Shown: positions 35,529-44,698 of the stretch, one piece after another | How the letters are laid out: each line of letters begins with the position of its first letter | Numbering within the stretch: position 1 is the first letter of the stretch | NCBI GenBank assembly: GCA_900696485.1 | Contig: CAADGG010000013.1 | Location: forward strand, 124,015 to 188,014 | Length of the DNA: 64,000 nucleotides | Direction: 5' to 3' | Source of the DNA: an uncultured Pseudomonadota bacterium | GTDB taxonomy: Bacteria; Myxococcota_A; UBA9160; PR03 | Translations under genes and position numbers: made by a program | Notes under the pieces: model-generated | Databases searched by the model: none | Told to the model about the DNA's origin: nothing | Seen by the model: the letters and a program-made list of their open reading frames with translations, nothing else

Positions 35529-36737
35529 TCAGCGACCCGCCGCCGTCGCGCCCCTCTGCGTCGTGACGACGGCGCTCGCCGCCGCGGGCGGTCGCGATGC
35601 GAAGACGGCATCGAAGGCCAGTTCCCCGCCCGCGGTCACGGGACGACGCGCCCAGCGGTCGGCCCCGGCAGCCTGGGCCAGGCGCAGTCGCTCGGGCGAC
35701 TCCTCCCGCAAGTGACGGTCGGATAGCAGCGGACCGGCGGCGGCCGAGCCCGCGAGCAACTGGCCATCGACATCCAGCAAACGGACCTCGAGCGGTGAAC
35801 CCAGCGTGCGCGGTGCCACATCGGGATTCCGGAGTGTGCCCGACACGACGAGCATCGGACCCGCCGTCGCGTTCTCGAGGATCCGGACGCGCGCCTCGAC
35901 AACGTCGAATCCGGCGACCGGCGCGAGGGAAACCGGTGCGGGTACGCGCACCGGCAACGAAGCCCATGCAACGGCTGCCGACAGGGCCAGCGCAGCCGCC
36001 CAGCCTGTCGCCCGGACCGCAAAGGCTGGATGCGCGGCCGACGCAACGGAGCCGTGGGTCGCCGCAGCGGACGGCGCTGGATCGGAGATCTTTGCGACCG
36101 CCAGGGGAGGTTTCTCGACCACACACTCGACGGACTCGGACTTCGCAGTCGGCGCCGGAGCTGAAACCGGCGCCGGGGCGCCTGCGACTGCCGGCACCGG
36201 CGCAGCGGTCTCGGCCGGCGGAGCGGCAACCACCGTCGGGGCGGCCGGCTCGTCATCCGAGAACAGGTCCCACGTCTCAGGGTCGCCGAGATCCGCAAAG
36301 GAGTTCTCGTTGGCATCCGGTGCCGGGGCGAAGGCCGGCGCCGCCGCCGCGCCGGTGAGGTCGCGTGAAACGCGAGTCGCGCCGGGATCGACACCGGGCA
36401 GATCCCCTTCGAAGCGCCAATCATTCGGGTCTTCCTGCTCCGGCGCCGGCGGCGCGACGGGAGCCGGCTCGCTGGATCCAGCCCCCCGTGTGGATGTCAC
36501 CGTCGCCCCGGCGCCATCCTCCAGGTCCCAGGCGGGCTCGGGAGCACTCGGCAGCGGGTTCGACGCCTCCGCCGCGTCGGCGGCGACGTCGTGGACGAGT
36601 TCCTCACGCGAGGCGCCGGGCGGAATCACGAAGAACGCATGTTTGCAGCGGGAGCAACGAACACGGGCGCCACGCGTCGGCAGACGCGCCTCGTCGAGCT
36701 TGAAGCGAGTCTCGCAGCGTTCGCAGCGAACGATCAC
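35529..36737 (-). CDS. MJ0042-type zinc-finger protein with a DUF3426-like C-terminal domain
   Basis: 'MIVRCERCETRFKLDEARLP..GARVRCSRCKHAF', a long Ala/Pro-rich linker, one TM helix, and a C-terminal beta-rich domain. Confidence 0.75.
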   Translation of the reverse strand: MIVRCERCETRFKLDEARLPTRGARVRCSRCKHAFFVIPPGASREELVHDVAADAAEASNPLPSAPEPAWDLEDGAGATVTSTRGAGSSEPAPVAPPAPEQEDPNDWRFEGDLPGVDPGATRVSRDLTGAAAAPAFAPAPDANENSFADLGDPETWDLFSDDEPAAPTVVAAPPAETAAPVPAVAGAPAPVSAPAPTAKSESVECVVEKPPLAVAKISDPAPSAAATHGSVASAAHPAFAVRATGWAAALALSAAVAWASLPVRVPAPVSLAPVAGFDVVEARVRILENATAGPMLVVSGTLRNPDVAPRTLGSPLEVRLLDVDGQLLAGSAAAGPLLSDRHLREESPERLRLAQAAGADRWARRPVTAGGELAFDAVFASRPPAAASAVVTTQRGATAAGR

Positions 36738-36829
36738 GCCCGCCTCCCTCCTCGCTCGCGTCCCGAAGCACGCGACGAGCTTGTGCTAGCGTCCGCGGGG
36801 TTTCAGAGCCGTGTCCCTGTCCGCAACCG

Positions 36830-36893
36830 TTTCGGTCCGGCGTCTTTTCGGTGCGGCGTCTTTTCGGTCCGGCGTCTTTTCGGTGCGGCGTCT
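36830..36893. repeat. Tandem repeat, 16 bp x 4 (alternating tttcggtCcggcgtct / tttcggtGcggcgtct) in a divergent promoter region
   Basis: Read directly: four contiguous units at 36830, 36846, 36862 and 36878. Confidence 0.9.
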
Positions 36894-37016
36894 GCTGCTC
36901 CGGACCGAGCCGGCGACGAGACCCGGGCCGAGCACGTCCGATCGTGCCGAAGCGGCTCGCCCCGTCGGTGTCGGTTCCCCAGTGGGCGCCTCGATCCGCG
37001 TTTCGGGTGTGCAGGG

Positions 37017-38108
37017 ATGCCACTTGAGCCCGCAAGCGAGCGGTCGGTCACCGGCAAGAGGATCCGTCGACGAGGAGCCAGTCGCTTGGTCCCTTCCCCC
37101 CAGCCTGCCCCGGTTTCGCTGCCGTCGATCCTCGAGCGGCGGCTCGTCATCGTCACCGGCAAGGGCGGGACGGGAAAGACGACCGTCACGGCTACGCTCG
37201 GTCTGGCTGCGGCCGCGGCGGGCCGGCGCGTCCTGCTTGCCGAGGTCGGCCCGCAAGAGCATCTGGCCGGAGTCCTCGCGCCCGCGCCGGTCCCGGTCGT
37301 CGGCTACGAAGGGCGCGAGCTGGCCAAGGGACTGCGCGTGATGCGCGTCGATCCGTACGAAGCGCTCGCCGAGTACCTGAGCCTCCAGATCGGACTGCAC
37401 GGGATCGTACGGCGCGTGCTCCGCAACCAGGCCTTCCGGCAGCTGATGGAAGCATCACCGGGCTGGCGCGAGCTCATCACGCTCGGGAAGATCTGGCAGC
37501 TCGAGCAGCTCCGGGACGACGGGGCGGGACCCCACTACGACCTGATCGTCGTCGATGCGCCGGCCACCGGGCACGGACTCACGTTTCTCGATGTGCCGCG
37601 CGTCGTCGGCTCGACGGTGAGAGCCGGGCCGTTGCGCCGCCACGCCGGTTGGGTCGAAGCACTGATTCGCGATCCCGAGCGCACGCTGCTGCTGCCCGTG
37701 GCCCTCGGCGAGGAACTCCCGGCGCGCGAGACCGCGGAGCTGATCGGACGTCTGCGCGACCAGGTTGGCGTGCAGGTGGACCGGGTGATCGTGAACGCCA
37801 TCACTCCCGAACCCTTCCCGCCCGGCATCCAGGACCTCGATGCCCGACTGGCACGCCTTCCCGCAGACACGGAACTTCCCGGAGCGCCCCCCGTCGAACG
37901 GCTCGCCGCCTGCGCCGCCCACCTCCGGGCGCGCTGCGATCTGAACCGGCGCTGGACGGTGGAGATCGCGCGCAGCACCGGCCTTCCCGTCGTCACGCTG
38001 CCGCACCTCGCCCGCGGCATCACCGGCCCCGCCGACATCGAAAGGCTCGGCACTTCGCTCCTCGCCGCCCCGGTGCTGCCTCCGATCGACCCGAATGCCG
38101 GTTCGTAG
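37017..38108 (+). CDS. ArsA/GET3-family anion-transporting-type ATPase homologue
   Basis: ATG at 37017 in ORF 36591..38108. P-loop 'TGKGGTGKTT', 'VVDAPATGHGL'. Confidence 0.8.
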   Translation: MPLEPASERSVTGKRIRRRGASRLVPSPQPAPVSLPSILERRLVIVTGKGGTGKTTVTATLGLAAAAAGRRVLLAEVGPQEHLAGVLAPAPVPVVGYEGRELAKGLRVMRVDPYEALAEYLSLQIGLHGIVRRVLRNQAFRQLMEASPGWRELITLGKIWQLEQLRDDGAGPHYDLIVVDAPATGHGLTFLDVPRVVGSTVRAGPLRRHAGWVEALIRDPERTLLLPVALGEELPARETAELIGRLRDQVGVQVDRVIVNAITPEPFPPGIQDLDARLARLPADTELPGAPPVERLAACAAHLRARCDLNRRWTVEIARSTGLPVVTLPHLARGITGPADIERLGTSLLAAPVLPPIDPNAGS

Positions 38109-38296
38109 CCCGGATCACCGGCCTTCGCGCGCGGCTGGGGCTCGGCGCCGGGAGGCCCGATCGGGGCTCACAGGCCTGCCGAACATCGGCCACTGGCGAA
38201 CGCGCAGCGCCGAAGCTCGTCCGCCGAGGACATCGGCGCAGGGTGTGCTCCTCCCACCCGCCTCCGAACATCGTCGGCCGATTTTCGGCAACCCTG

Positions 38297-39250
38297 TCAA
38301 CGCAGGACACGCTGGCGTAGCAGCTTCCACAGGATCGGACCCGCGTGAAGGAACGGCCGACGGCGCTGACGCTCGCTGATCTCGATGCGGACGCCGCTGT
38401 GTCGCTCCACCTTCCAGACGCCGTAATCGACCCATCCATCGAAGGTGACCGGCGTCTTGATCAGGCCGAGGACCCCGCGCGCCTTCGTGAGAGGCCGCCG
38501 TACGCGCCATGCCAGGCGTGCGCGGCGGCGCCAGCCCGGATCCGACGCCACCTCGAGGACCGTTCCGGACGACACGAGCCGGATCTTTCCGCGCGCCTCG
38601 AGGGCCCGCAGCGCCGCAACGGTGACGCGGTCGAAGCGTTCGCTCTGCGCGGCGTACAGCGCATCGATGGTCTCGGCCTTCTCCCCGCGCAGCTCCGCGC
38701 GATAGGTCTCGCGGAAGGCGGTCCGCCACAGCTCGCCGGGCTCGAAAGACTGGATCGGTCCGTCCCCGGGCAGCCAGTTGAGCATCCGGTCCACCGCCGT
38801 GAGCGTGGCCCCGCGGACCGCGCGGAGAACCGCCGTCCGAGCCGCTTCGTCACGCGCCCACACGAGCCGCGTCGGCTGGCAGAAACGCGACCAGATCCGG
38901 CAATCGAGGCGTTGCCCGCGCGCGGAACGCCCGAAGTCGCGCGCCGAGATGATCGCGTACTTGGCGCGCAAGCGACCATCCTCGGTGTCGACCTCGACGT
39001 AGAACACGTTCGGCGGCAGCAGCCAGCCGAGCGCAGCCTCGAGCCAAGAACCGTGCGACAGGCGATAGCCGTCGACCAGGACGTAGAAGTCGAGCACGCC
39101 GGAGACGGTCCGATGGCGCAGACAGGAGCCGTAGAACAGCACGGCCGACACCCCGCGATGACGCGCGCGAATGGCATCCACCATGCGTGTGACCGCCGCA
39201 TCGACCGGCGCCGACAGCTCCGCATCGAGGAGTGCTTCCAGCTCAGGCAC
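38297..39250 (-). CDS. Nucleotidyltransferase-fold protein, tentatively Tam41/Mmp37-like phosphatidate cytidylyltransferase
   Basis: 'VLFYGSCLR....GVLDFYVLVD', 'NVFYVEV......AKYAIISARDF', 'RFCQPTRLVW' parallel the Tam41 motifs 'YGSGV..MID.I..V', 'VYFNPF....VKYGVVS...L', 'RLQKPV..L'. This is a by-eye comparison only. Confidence 0.45.
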   Translation of the reverse strand: MPELEALLDAELSAPVDAAVTRMVDAIRARHRGVSAVLFYGSCLRHRTVSGVLDFYVLVDGYRLSHGSWLEAALGWLLPPNVFYVEVDTEDGRLRAKYAIISARDFGRSARGQRLDCRIWSRFCQPTRLVWARDEAARTAVLRAVRGATLTAVDRMLNWLPGDGPIQSFEPGELWRTAFRETYRAELRGEKAETIDALYAAQSERFDRVTVAALRALEARGKIRLVSSGTVLEVASDPGWRRRARLAWRVRRPLTKARGVLGLIKTPVTFDGWVDYGVWKVERHSGVRIEISERQRRRPFLHAGPILWKLLRQRVLR

Positions 39251-40193
39251 GGAGGAAGCGCACCCCTTCGAGGGCGCTGATCCGGACGACCCGGTCCGGA
39301 ATCGGATCGTAGAGCTCGCCGTCGAGGATCACGCCGGCGTCGAGCTGGACGACCATCTCGTGCACGTTGCGGCTGAGGTAGCCGTTGACCGGCCGCACGT
39401 GAGGGGCGGGCCGACCACGCAGGATGCCGGGAGCCGCCGCGGCCAGGCGATAGGAGCCGCCGTCCATCAGCGTGACATGAAGCGGCGCCCCCTGCGTGCC
39501 CCAGAACGGGCGCATCCGGAGGAACAGCCGCTCGAGGCCGGTCACGAGCGCCAGCAGGACTTCGCGCGGCTCCTGCGCCTCTCCGTCGAGCACGACGCGG
39601 AGCTTGTCCGGTGACAGCAGGCCGCGCATCCCGCCGAGCGCCGCGCGCGCGACCAGCACGCCCGTCACGATCCCGGCTCCGAAGACACCGCGCGCCTTGC
39701 CTTCCGGAAACAAATGCGGCACCAGCGCGACCGCGCGGTGCAGCACGCCGAAGCCGAGAAACATGCCGTAGTGGACCCCCTCGGCCAGTTCGACGCGCAA
39801 CACCGGGCGCACGCACAGCCGCTCGGCGAGGCGGCCGGCGCGATCATCGGCGATCAGCTCGGCCAGACCGCGCACGGGATTGCGGCGCGCTCCGAGATCC
39901 AGCGCCGTCATGTTGGTGCGACCGCCGCGGACCGGGGCGATCCACGGACGCCACGCATTGGCAGGATTGCCGAACAGATGCGTCATCGCGTGCTGGATCG
40001 TGCCGTCGCCGCCGTTCAGGACCAGGATCTCGACGCCGGCCCGAGCGAAGTCGCGCAGCGCCGGCGGCACCTCGGCATCGCTGGCGGTCTCGACGTGCAG
40101 CACCTCCGGGTACTGCTCGAGAAAGCGCACGACCTGGCGGACCTTCGAATCGCGTTGCCCTGCGCGGAGATTGGACAGGACGCCGATGCGCAT
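39243..40193 (-). CDS. Diacylglycerol kinase catalytic-domain lipid kinase (YegS/LCB5-like)
   Basis: ATG at 40193 in ORF 39243..40679. 'ILVLNGGDGTIQ'; 316 aa. Confidence 0.8.
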   Translation of the reverse strand: MRIGVLSNLRAGQRDSKVRQVVRFLEQYPEVLHVETASDAEVPPALRDFARAGVEILVLNGGDGTIQHAMTHLFGNPANAWRPWIAPVRGGRTNMTALDLGARRNPVRGLAELIADDRAGRLAERLCVRPVLRVELAEGVHYGMFLGFGVLHRAVALVPHLFPEGKARGVFGAGIVTGVLVARAALGGMRGLLSPDKLRVVLDGEAQEPREVLLALVTGLERLFLRMRPFWGTQGAPLHVTLMDGGSYRLAAAAPGILRGRPAPHVRPVNGYLSRNVHEMVVQLDAGVILDGELYDPIPDRVVRISALEGVRFLRA

Positions 40194-40195
40194 GC

Positions 40196-41374
40196 TCACT
40201 CTCCTTCCGGCACCGGATCCCCGGCCGCCGGCAGCGCTTCGATGCCGCCGGTCGCGGGATTGGTCCACGAGAGCCGCGCAAGCGCAGGACTGCGGATCCA
40301 CCGGTTCGGCGCACCGTCGAGCATGAGTTCGAGATCTGCCGGACTCCACACCAGCCGCGGACGTGTGCGCTGTTCCATGACGATGCGCAGCGGCAGAGGA
40401 AGCCGGGACAGAGGTTCGAAGCGGCCGACGGATGCGCCGAAGGCGACCCGACCCGTGAGGCCCGGCGCCCGGAACTGCAGCCGGCTCGGCTCGGGATAGC
40501 CGGGCAATCCGGCGCTCCACAGGATCTCGCTGGCGGTCGCGGGACCGCGAAACACCACGGCGCCATCTCGGTGCACGACGAGCCAGGACCGGCGCTCGCC
40601 CGTCGCGGTCTCGACATCGCGCAGGTAGAGGCCGAGGCCATCCTGCATCGCGAACAGTTCGAGACCGCGACGCAGACACCCGGCTTCGAGCCCAGGCATC
40701 CAGCGGTGGGTGATCGCCGCGAACCCTCGCAGCGGAACGGCCGGCCCGCGCTCGATCCGGAACGATCCGTGGGCCGCGCCGGCGACCTCGATGACGTCGA
40801 GAGCGCAGCCGGCTGCGGGCTCGTCGTCGGGCCAGGCCGGCGCGCCTCCCGTCTCGACCACGACCTCGATGCCGAGTTCGTTCTTGTCGACGACGAAGCG
40901 GCGGGCAGGCGCCGTCAGATCGAGCACGATCGAGCGCAGATCGACGCGGCGGCGGGTGGGGTCGAGTTGCCAGCCGCCGGCACGCTCGCTGCGCGAGAAC
41001 GGATGGGTCGTGCCATCCGGCTCGACGAGTTGCCCGAACGCGACGGCATTGCGCGTGCCGAGACCGGGATCGAACAGCGCCATCGTGGCCAGCAGCAGAT
41101 GACCGGACTCGAAGCGGGCAACGACGTCCCAGGACTCGCTCGCGAAGCTGCCTTCCGGCAGGCGTGCCGCCGCGTCACCGCGCTCCGGAGCGGTCTCGGC
41201 GTGCGCCGTGGCCACGGCGCTCATCCCCGCCAACAGCGCCACGACGCCGAGCCTGCGGAGCCGAACTCCGAGAACCCGAGCTCCGAGGATCCGAGCTCCG
41301 GCGATCCAAGCCCCGCGGACGCCGTTCCCGATGATGCCGATCCCGCGGATGCCGGATTCGCGGATGCCGGACAT
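40196..41374 (-). CDS. Secreted hypothetical protein with a repeat-encoded N-terminal leader
   Basis: I propose the ATG at 41374. The hydrophobic segment 'LGVVALLAGMSAVATAHA' is followed by a ~330-aa domain with no motif I recognise. The stop lies 2 nt before the DAGK start. The start is uncertain; 41446 is an alternative. Confidence 0.55.
   Translation of the reverse strand: MSGIRESGIRGIGIIGNGVRGAWIAGARILGARVLGVRLRRLGVVALLAGMSAVATAHAETAPERGDAAARLPEGSFASESWDVVARFESGHLLLATMALFDPGLGTRNAVAFGQLVEPDGTTHPFSRSERAGGWQLDPTRRRVDLRSIVLDLTAPARRFVVDKNELGIEVVVETGGAPAWPDDEPAAGCALDVIEVAGAAHGSFRIERGPAVPLRGFAAITHRWMPGLEAGCLRRGLELFAMQDGLGLYLRDVETATGERRSWLVVHRDGAVVFRGPATASEILWSAGLPGYPEPSRLQFRAPGLTGRVAFGASVGRFEPLSRLPLPLRIVMEQRTRPRLVWSPADLELMLDGAPNRWIRSPALARLSWTNPATGGIEALPAAGDPVPEGE
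41261..41374. repeat. Imperfect 15-bp tandem repeat, ~7.6 units
   Basis: ccgaactccgagaac / ccgagctccgaggat / ccgagctccggcgat / ccaagccccgcggac / gccgttcccgatgat / gccgatcccgcggat / gccggattcgcggat / gccggacat. It encodes pentapeptide-periodic sequence at the N-terminus of the 40196..41374 protein. Confidence 0.85.
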
Positions 41375-41751
41375 GCGAAGGCCGGAACGGCCGGCGCCCG
41401 GGGTGCGCTCCGAGGCGTGTCGATGGAAGTGACGATCGCCGAACATCTCGATTCTCTCGAAGAGGCCCCGAAGCGCAGCGCCGCATCCGACGAAGCCCCG
41501 CGGCGCTCCGGAAACCACGCGTGGACTCCGCTGTCTGCGCCGACCGCGGCGCTGGACCCCGATCCTCCCCGGCGTTCGCGCATCGACGCGCGCCTCCTCG
41601 AATGCGTGGCTCGCTGGCGACACTGCCTGCCGACCGGAACACTGCAACGATCCAGGATCGGGGCGACGCAGCTGCTCGGGGTGCTCGGGGTGCTCGGGGG
41701 GAACGAGCGCCGGGTGGTCCCGCGCCGGCGACGCCGTATCGTAACGCCTCC

Positions 41752-42750
41752 ATGTCGGAATGCCGCCCGCACGAACTCATGAATTTCCCCGAGGGGCAGG
41801 CGTTCACGATTGCGCATCTGTCGGACCTCCATGCCACCGACGTGCGCCTCGGCTCTCCGCGGGACGTGCTCGGCAAGCGCGCCCTCGGTTGGCTCTCCTG
41901 GCGGCACCGGCGCCGACACGAGCATCAAGCCTCGGTGCTTCGTGCGCTGATCGCGGATCTGCATCAGCGCGCACCCGACCACATCGCCATCACCGGGGAT
42001 CTCACGCATCTGGGGCTGCCGTCGGAAATCGCCGCCGCCACGAACTGGCTCGAGCGGATCGGACCCGCCGAGCAGGTCTCGGTCGTACCCGGGAATCACG
42101 ACGCCTACGCCGGTGCCGAAGGGGCCGAGCGCTGGCTCCCCTGGCGCCACTACATGGGAGACCTCGCCGGCCCGCCAGCCGACGCAGACGACGCAGACGC
42201 CGATGCACGCGGCTTTCCGTGGATCCGCCGGATCGGGGGCCACATCGCCCTGATCGGGATCTCTTCCGCACGACCCACCGCACCGTTGCTGGCGACGGGA
42301 CGGGTCGGCGCCCGGCAGCGCGCGCGCGTCGAGGCGCTGCTCGCAACGCTCGCGGCCGAGGGGCGGGTGCGCATCGTGTTGCTGCATCATCCCCCCGTCG
42401 CCGCCGGCCAGTCGCGCCGTCGTCAGCTCGATGACGCGGCGGAGGTACGCGCGCTGCTCACGCGCGCCGGCGCCGAACTGCTTCTGCATGGACACACGCA
42501 TGAGTGTCATGAGGGCGTCGTCCGGGGACCGCATGGCCCGATCCCGGTCCTCGGCGTCGCGTCCTCGTCATCGGCCGGGCCTCGGCCGGCCCGCCGCGCG
42601 CGCTACCGCCTGGTGCGCATCGTGCCGGAACGCGCAACGGACGGCACACCGCGATGCCGGATTTCCTGGCAGCTCCGCGGCTTCGACGCCGCCACGGGAG
42701 GCTTCGTCGCGGAGACGGAAGAGCCGGCGCTCGCGCACTCCGCCGGATAG
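41752..42750 (+). CDS. Calcineurin-like metallophosphoesterase
   Basis: ATG at 41752. 'IAHLSDLH', 'ITGDLTH', 'VPGNHD', 'LLHHPP', 'LHGHTH'. Confidence 0.8.
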   Translation: MSECRPHELMNFPEGQAFTIAHLSDLHATDVRLGSPRDVLGKRALGWLSWRHRRRHEHQASVLRALIADLHQRAPDHIAITGDLTHLGLPSEIAAATNWLERIGPAEQVSVVPGNHDAYAGAEGAERWLPWRHYMGDLAGPPADADDADADARGFPWIRRIGGHIALIGISSARPTAPLLATGRVGARQRARVEALLATLAAEGRVRIVLLHHPPVAAGQSRRRQLDDAAEVRALLTRAGAELLLHGHTHECHEGVVRGPHGPIPVLGVASSSSAGPRPARRARYRLVRIVPERATDGTPRCRISWQLRGFDAATGGFVAETEEPALAHSAG

Positions 42751-42792
42751 CCGGTCTGTCGCCGACGATCCCGCGTCCCGGAAGCGGGAGCG

Positions 42793-43596
42793 CTACGCTT
42801 CGCGCGTGCGCCGAGCGGCGAGCACGCGCGCTGCCGCTTCCAGATCGGCGGCGCTGTCCACATCGATCGCGCACTCCGCGAACGGCATCCGCACGGCGAC
42901 CACGTGCAGCCCCATCGCCGACGAGACGCGATCCACGGCGCCCTCGAGCGTCAGCCGACCGGTGGCGAAGCGCGCGAGCGCAAGCGGTCCGAACAACGCG
43001 ACCATCCGCCACGGCCGCTTGCGCATGCCCTCAGCGCGCATCCAGAAGCGCGCCGCCTCGGCGGCGCGCGGGGTGCGGAAGAAGAAGAGGTTGGCGCCCG
43101 TCACCGGCTCCTGGGCCAGCGGAACGAAGGTGCGGCGCACGTGCGGAAAGCGGGAGCGAAACAGCGACGCCTCGACCACGGCGACCGCCAGATCACGTCC
43201 GGTTTCCCGAGCCGCCGTGAGGAAGTGGCGAATCATGGCCGGCGTCAGGAGCGGATGATCTGCGGTGGTGACGAGGGTCGGCCCGGCACCGGGCTCGCGG
43301 ACCAGGAAATCGTACACGCTGGCCGCCGGCGAGCTGGCGCTCGGGTGGTGGCGCAGCCAGCCCTCGGCGACCCACGCGCGCAGGTTCGGCGTGGCTTCCA
43401 GCAGGGCCGGGTCTCCGGCGCTCACCGACACCGTCGGCGCACCGATCGCTTCGCGCAGACAGCCGAGCACGCGTTCGAGCATCGGCTGGCCTCCCACCTC
43501 GACCAGCGCCTTGGTCGCGGCCGGCAGGCCCATCTCGCCCTCTCCGGCCCGGCGGCCGGCGAGCACCAGAACGCGTTCGACGTCGCTCTCGCTCAT
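42793..43596 (-). CDS. MobA-like NTP-transferase family nucleotidyltransferase
   Basis: ATG at 43596. 'VLVLAGRRAGE......KALVEVGGQPMLERVL' is an N-terminal nucleotide-binding loop. Confidence 0.65.
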   Translation of the reverse strand: MSESDVERVLVLAGRRAGEGEMGLPAATKALVEVGGQPMLERVLGCLREAIGAPTVSVSAGDPALLEATPNLRAWVAEGWLRHHPSASSPAASVYDFLVREPGAGPTLVTTADHPLLTPAMIRHFLTAARETGRDLAVAVVEASLFRSRFPHVRRTFVPLAQEPVTGANLFFFRTPRAAEAARFWMRAEGMRKRPWRMVALFGPLALARFATGRLTLEGAVDRVSSAMGLHVVAVRMPFAECAIDVDSAADLEAAARVLAARRTREA

Positions 43597-43669
43597 GGCC
43601 GCGCAGCGTAGCCGCAGCCTCCGGAGCCCGCCGCGGATCGGCTCCGGCCGCCGGCTCGCCGCCAGTCGG

Positions 43670-44698
43670 CTACGGACCCGGCGCAGCCGGCTCGAACCGC
43701 GCCGCCTCGGCCCAGCCGCGGGACTCATGACGCTGTCCGTCCGCTTCGAGCAGCAGCCCGGCGCGGTCCCTGCTGGCGTCCAACAGCGCGATCCCCTCGG
43801 CCGGCGGCAGGACCAGCAGCGCTTTCGACAGCGCCTCGGCCCATGCCGCAGTCGGCGCCAACACGACAGCCTGGGCCGCGTGCTGCAGGGGCGCCCCGGT
43901 GCGCGGATCCAGCACGTGGCCATAGCGATGCCCGGCGATCTCGATCCCCTGCCCGACACTCCCGGACACCGACAGCGCGCGATCTCGCAGCGTGGCGATG
44001 CCGGCATAGCCGCCGGCCGGCGTCCGGACCAACAGTCGCCAGCCCGCCTCCCCGGGCGGCGCCCCGATCGCCCACACACTGCTCTGTCCGAACGACAGCA
44101 GCGCGCTCCGGATCCCCGCCGCGCGCAGCGCCTCCGCGATCCGATCGAGCGCCCAACCCTTGGCGATGCCGCCGAGTTCGAGGCGCGCGCCGGGGGAGAC
44201 GAGTTCCGCGGTGCTCGCGTCGAGGTCTACGCGGAGCCCGTCGGCGCCGACGGCCGCCAGCGCACCCGCACGGGCCGCCGCACTGGGCAGCTCGTTCCGC
44301 TGGCCGGCGGTCCGCCAGAGTTCGACCAGCGGCCCGACGGTGATGTCGAAGGCACCGCGCGTCCGGCGCGTGAACTCCTTCGACGCGGCGAGCACGCGAG
44401 CCAGCTCCGGATCGACATCCTGCGGTCCCTGCCCCGCCGCGGCGTTGAGCCGCATCAAGGCACTGCTCGCCTCCCAGTTCGTCAGCAGCGCCTCGAGTTG
44501 GGCGGCGGTGGCAAACGCCTGCTCCGCGAGCGCCCGCCCCCGGGCCTCGTCCGGCGCCAGCAGCGTCAGCTCGAGCACCGTGCCCATCGCGTAACGGCCG
44601 TCCGACACGAGGACCGGCGCATCCGCCGGCTGCGCCGGCCCTCGCGCACACGCCGCGAGCACCAGCGCGCACGCGAGCACGGCGGCGCCGCGCGTCAC
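43670..44698 (-). CDS. apbE: FAD:protein FMN transferase ApbE, lipoprotein
   Basis: The GTG at 44698 overlaps the upstream stop (GTGA). Lipobox 'LVLAAC'. 'YAMGTVLELTL', 'GAFDITVGPLVELW', 'LGGIAKGWALD'. Confidence 0.85.
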   Translation of the reverse strand: MTRGAAVLACALVLAACARGPAQPADAPVLVSDGRYAMGTVLELTLLAPDEARGRALAEQAFATAAQLEALLTNWEASSALMRLNAAAGQGPQDVDPELARVLAASKEFTRRTRGAFDITVGPLVELWRTAGQRNELPSAAARAGALAAVGADGLRVDLDASTAELVSPGARLELGGIAKGWALDRIAEALRAAGIRSALLSFGQSSVWAIGAPPGEAGWRLLVRTPAGGYAGIATLRDRALSVSGSVGQGIEIAGHRYGHVLDPRTGAPLQHAAQAVVLAPTAAWAEALSKALLVLPPAEGIALLDASRDRAGLLLEADGQRHESRGWAEAARFEPAAPGP

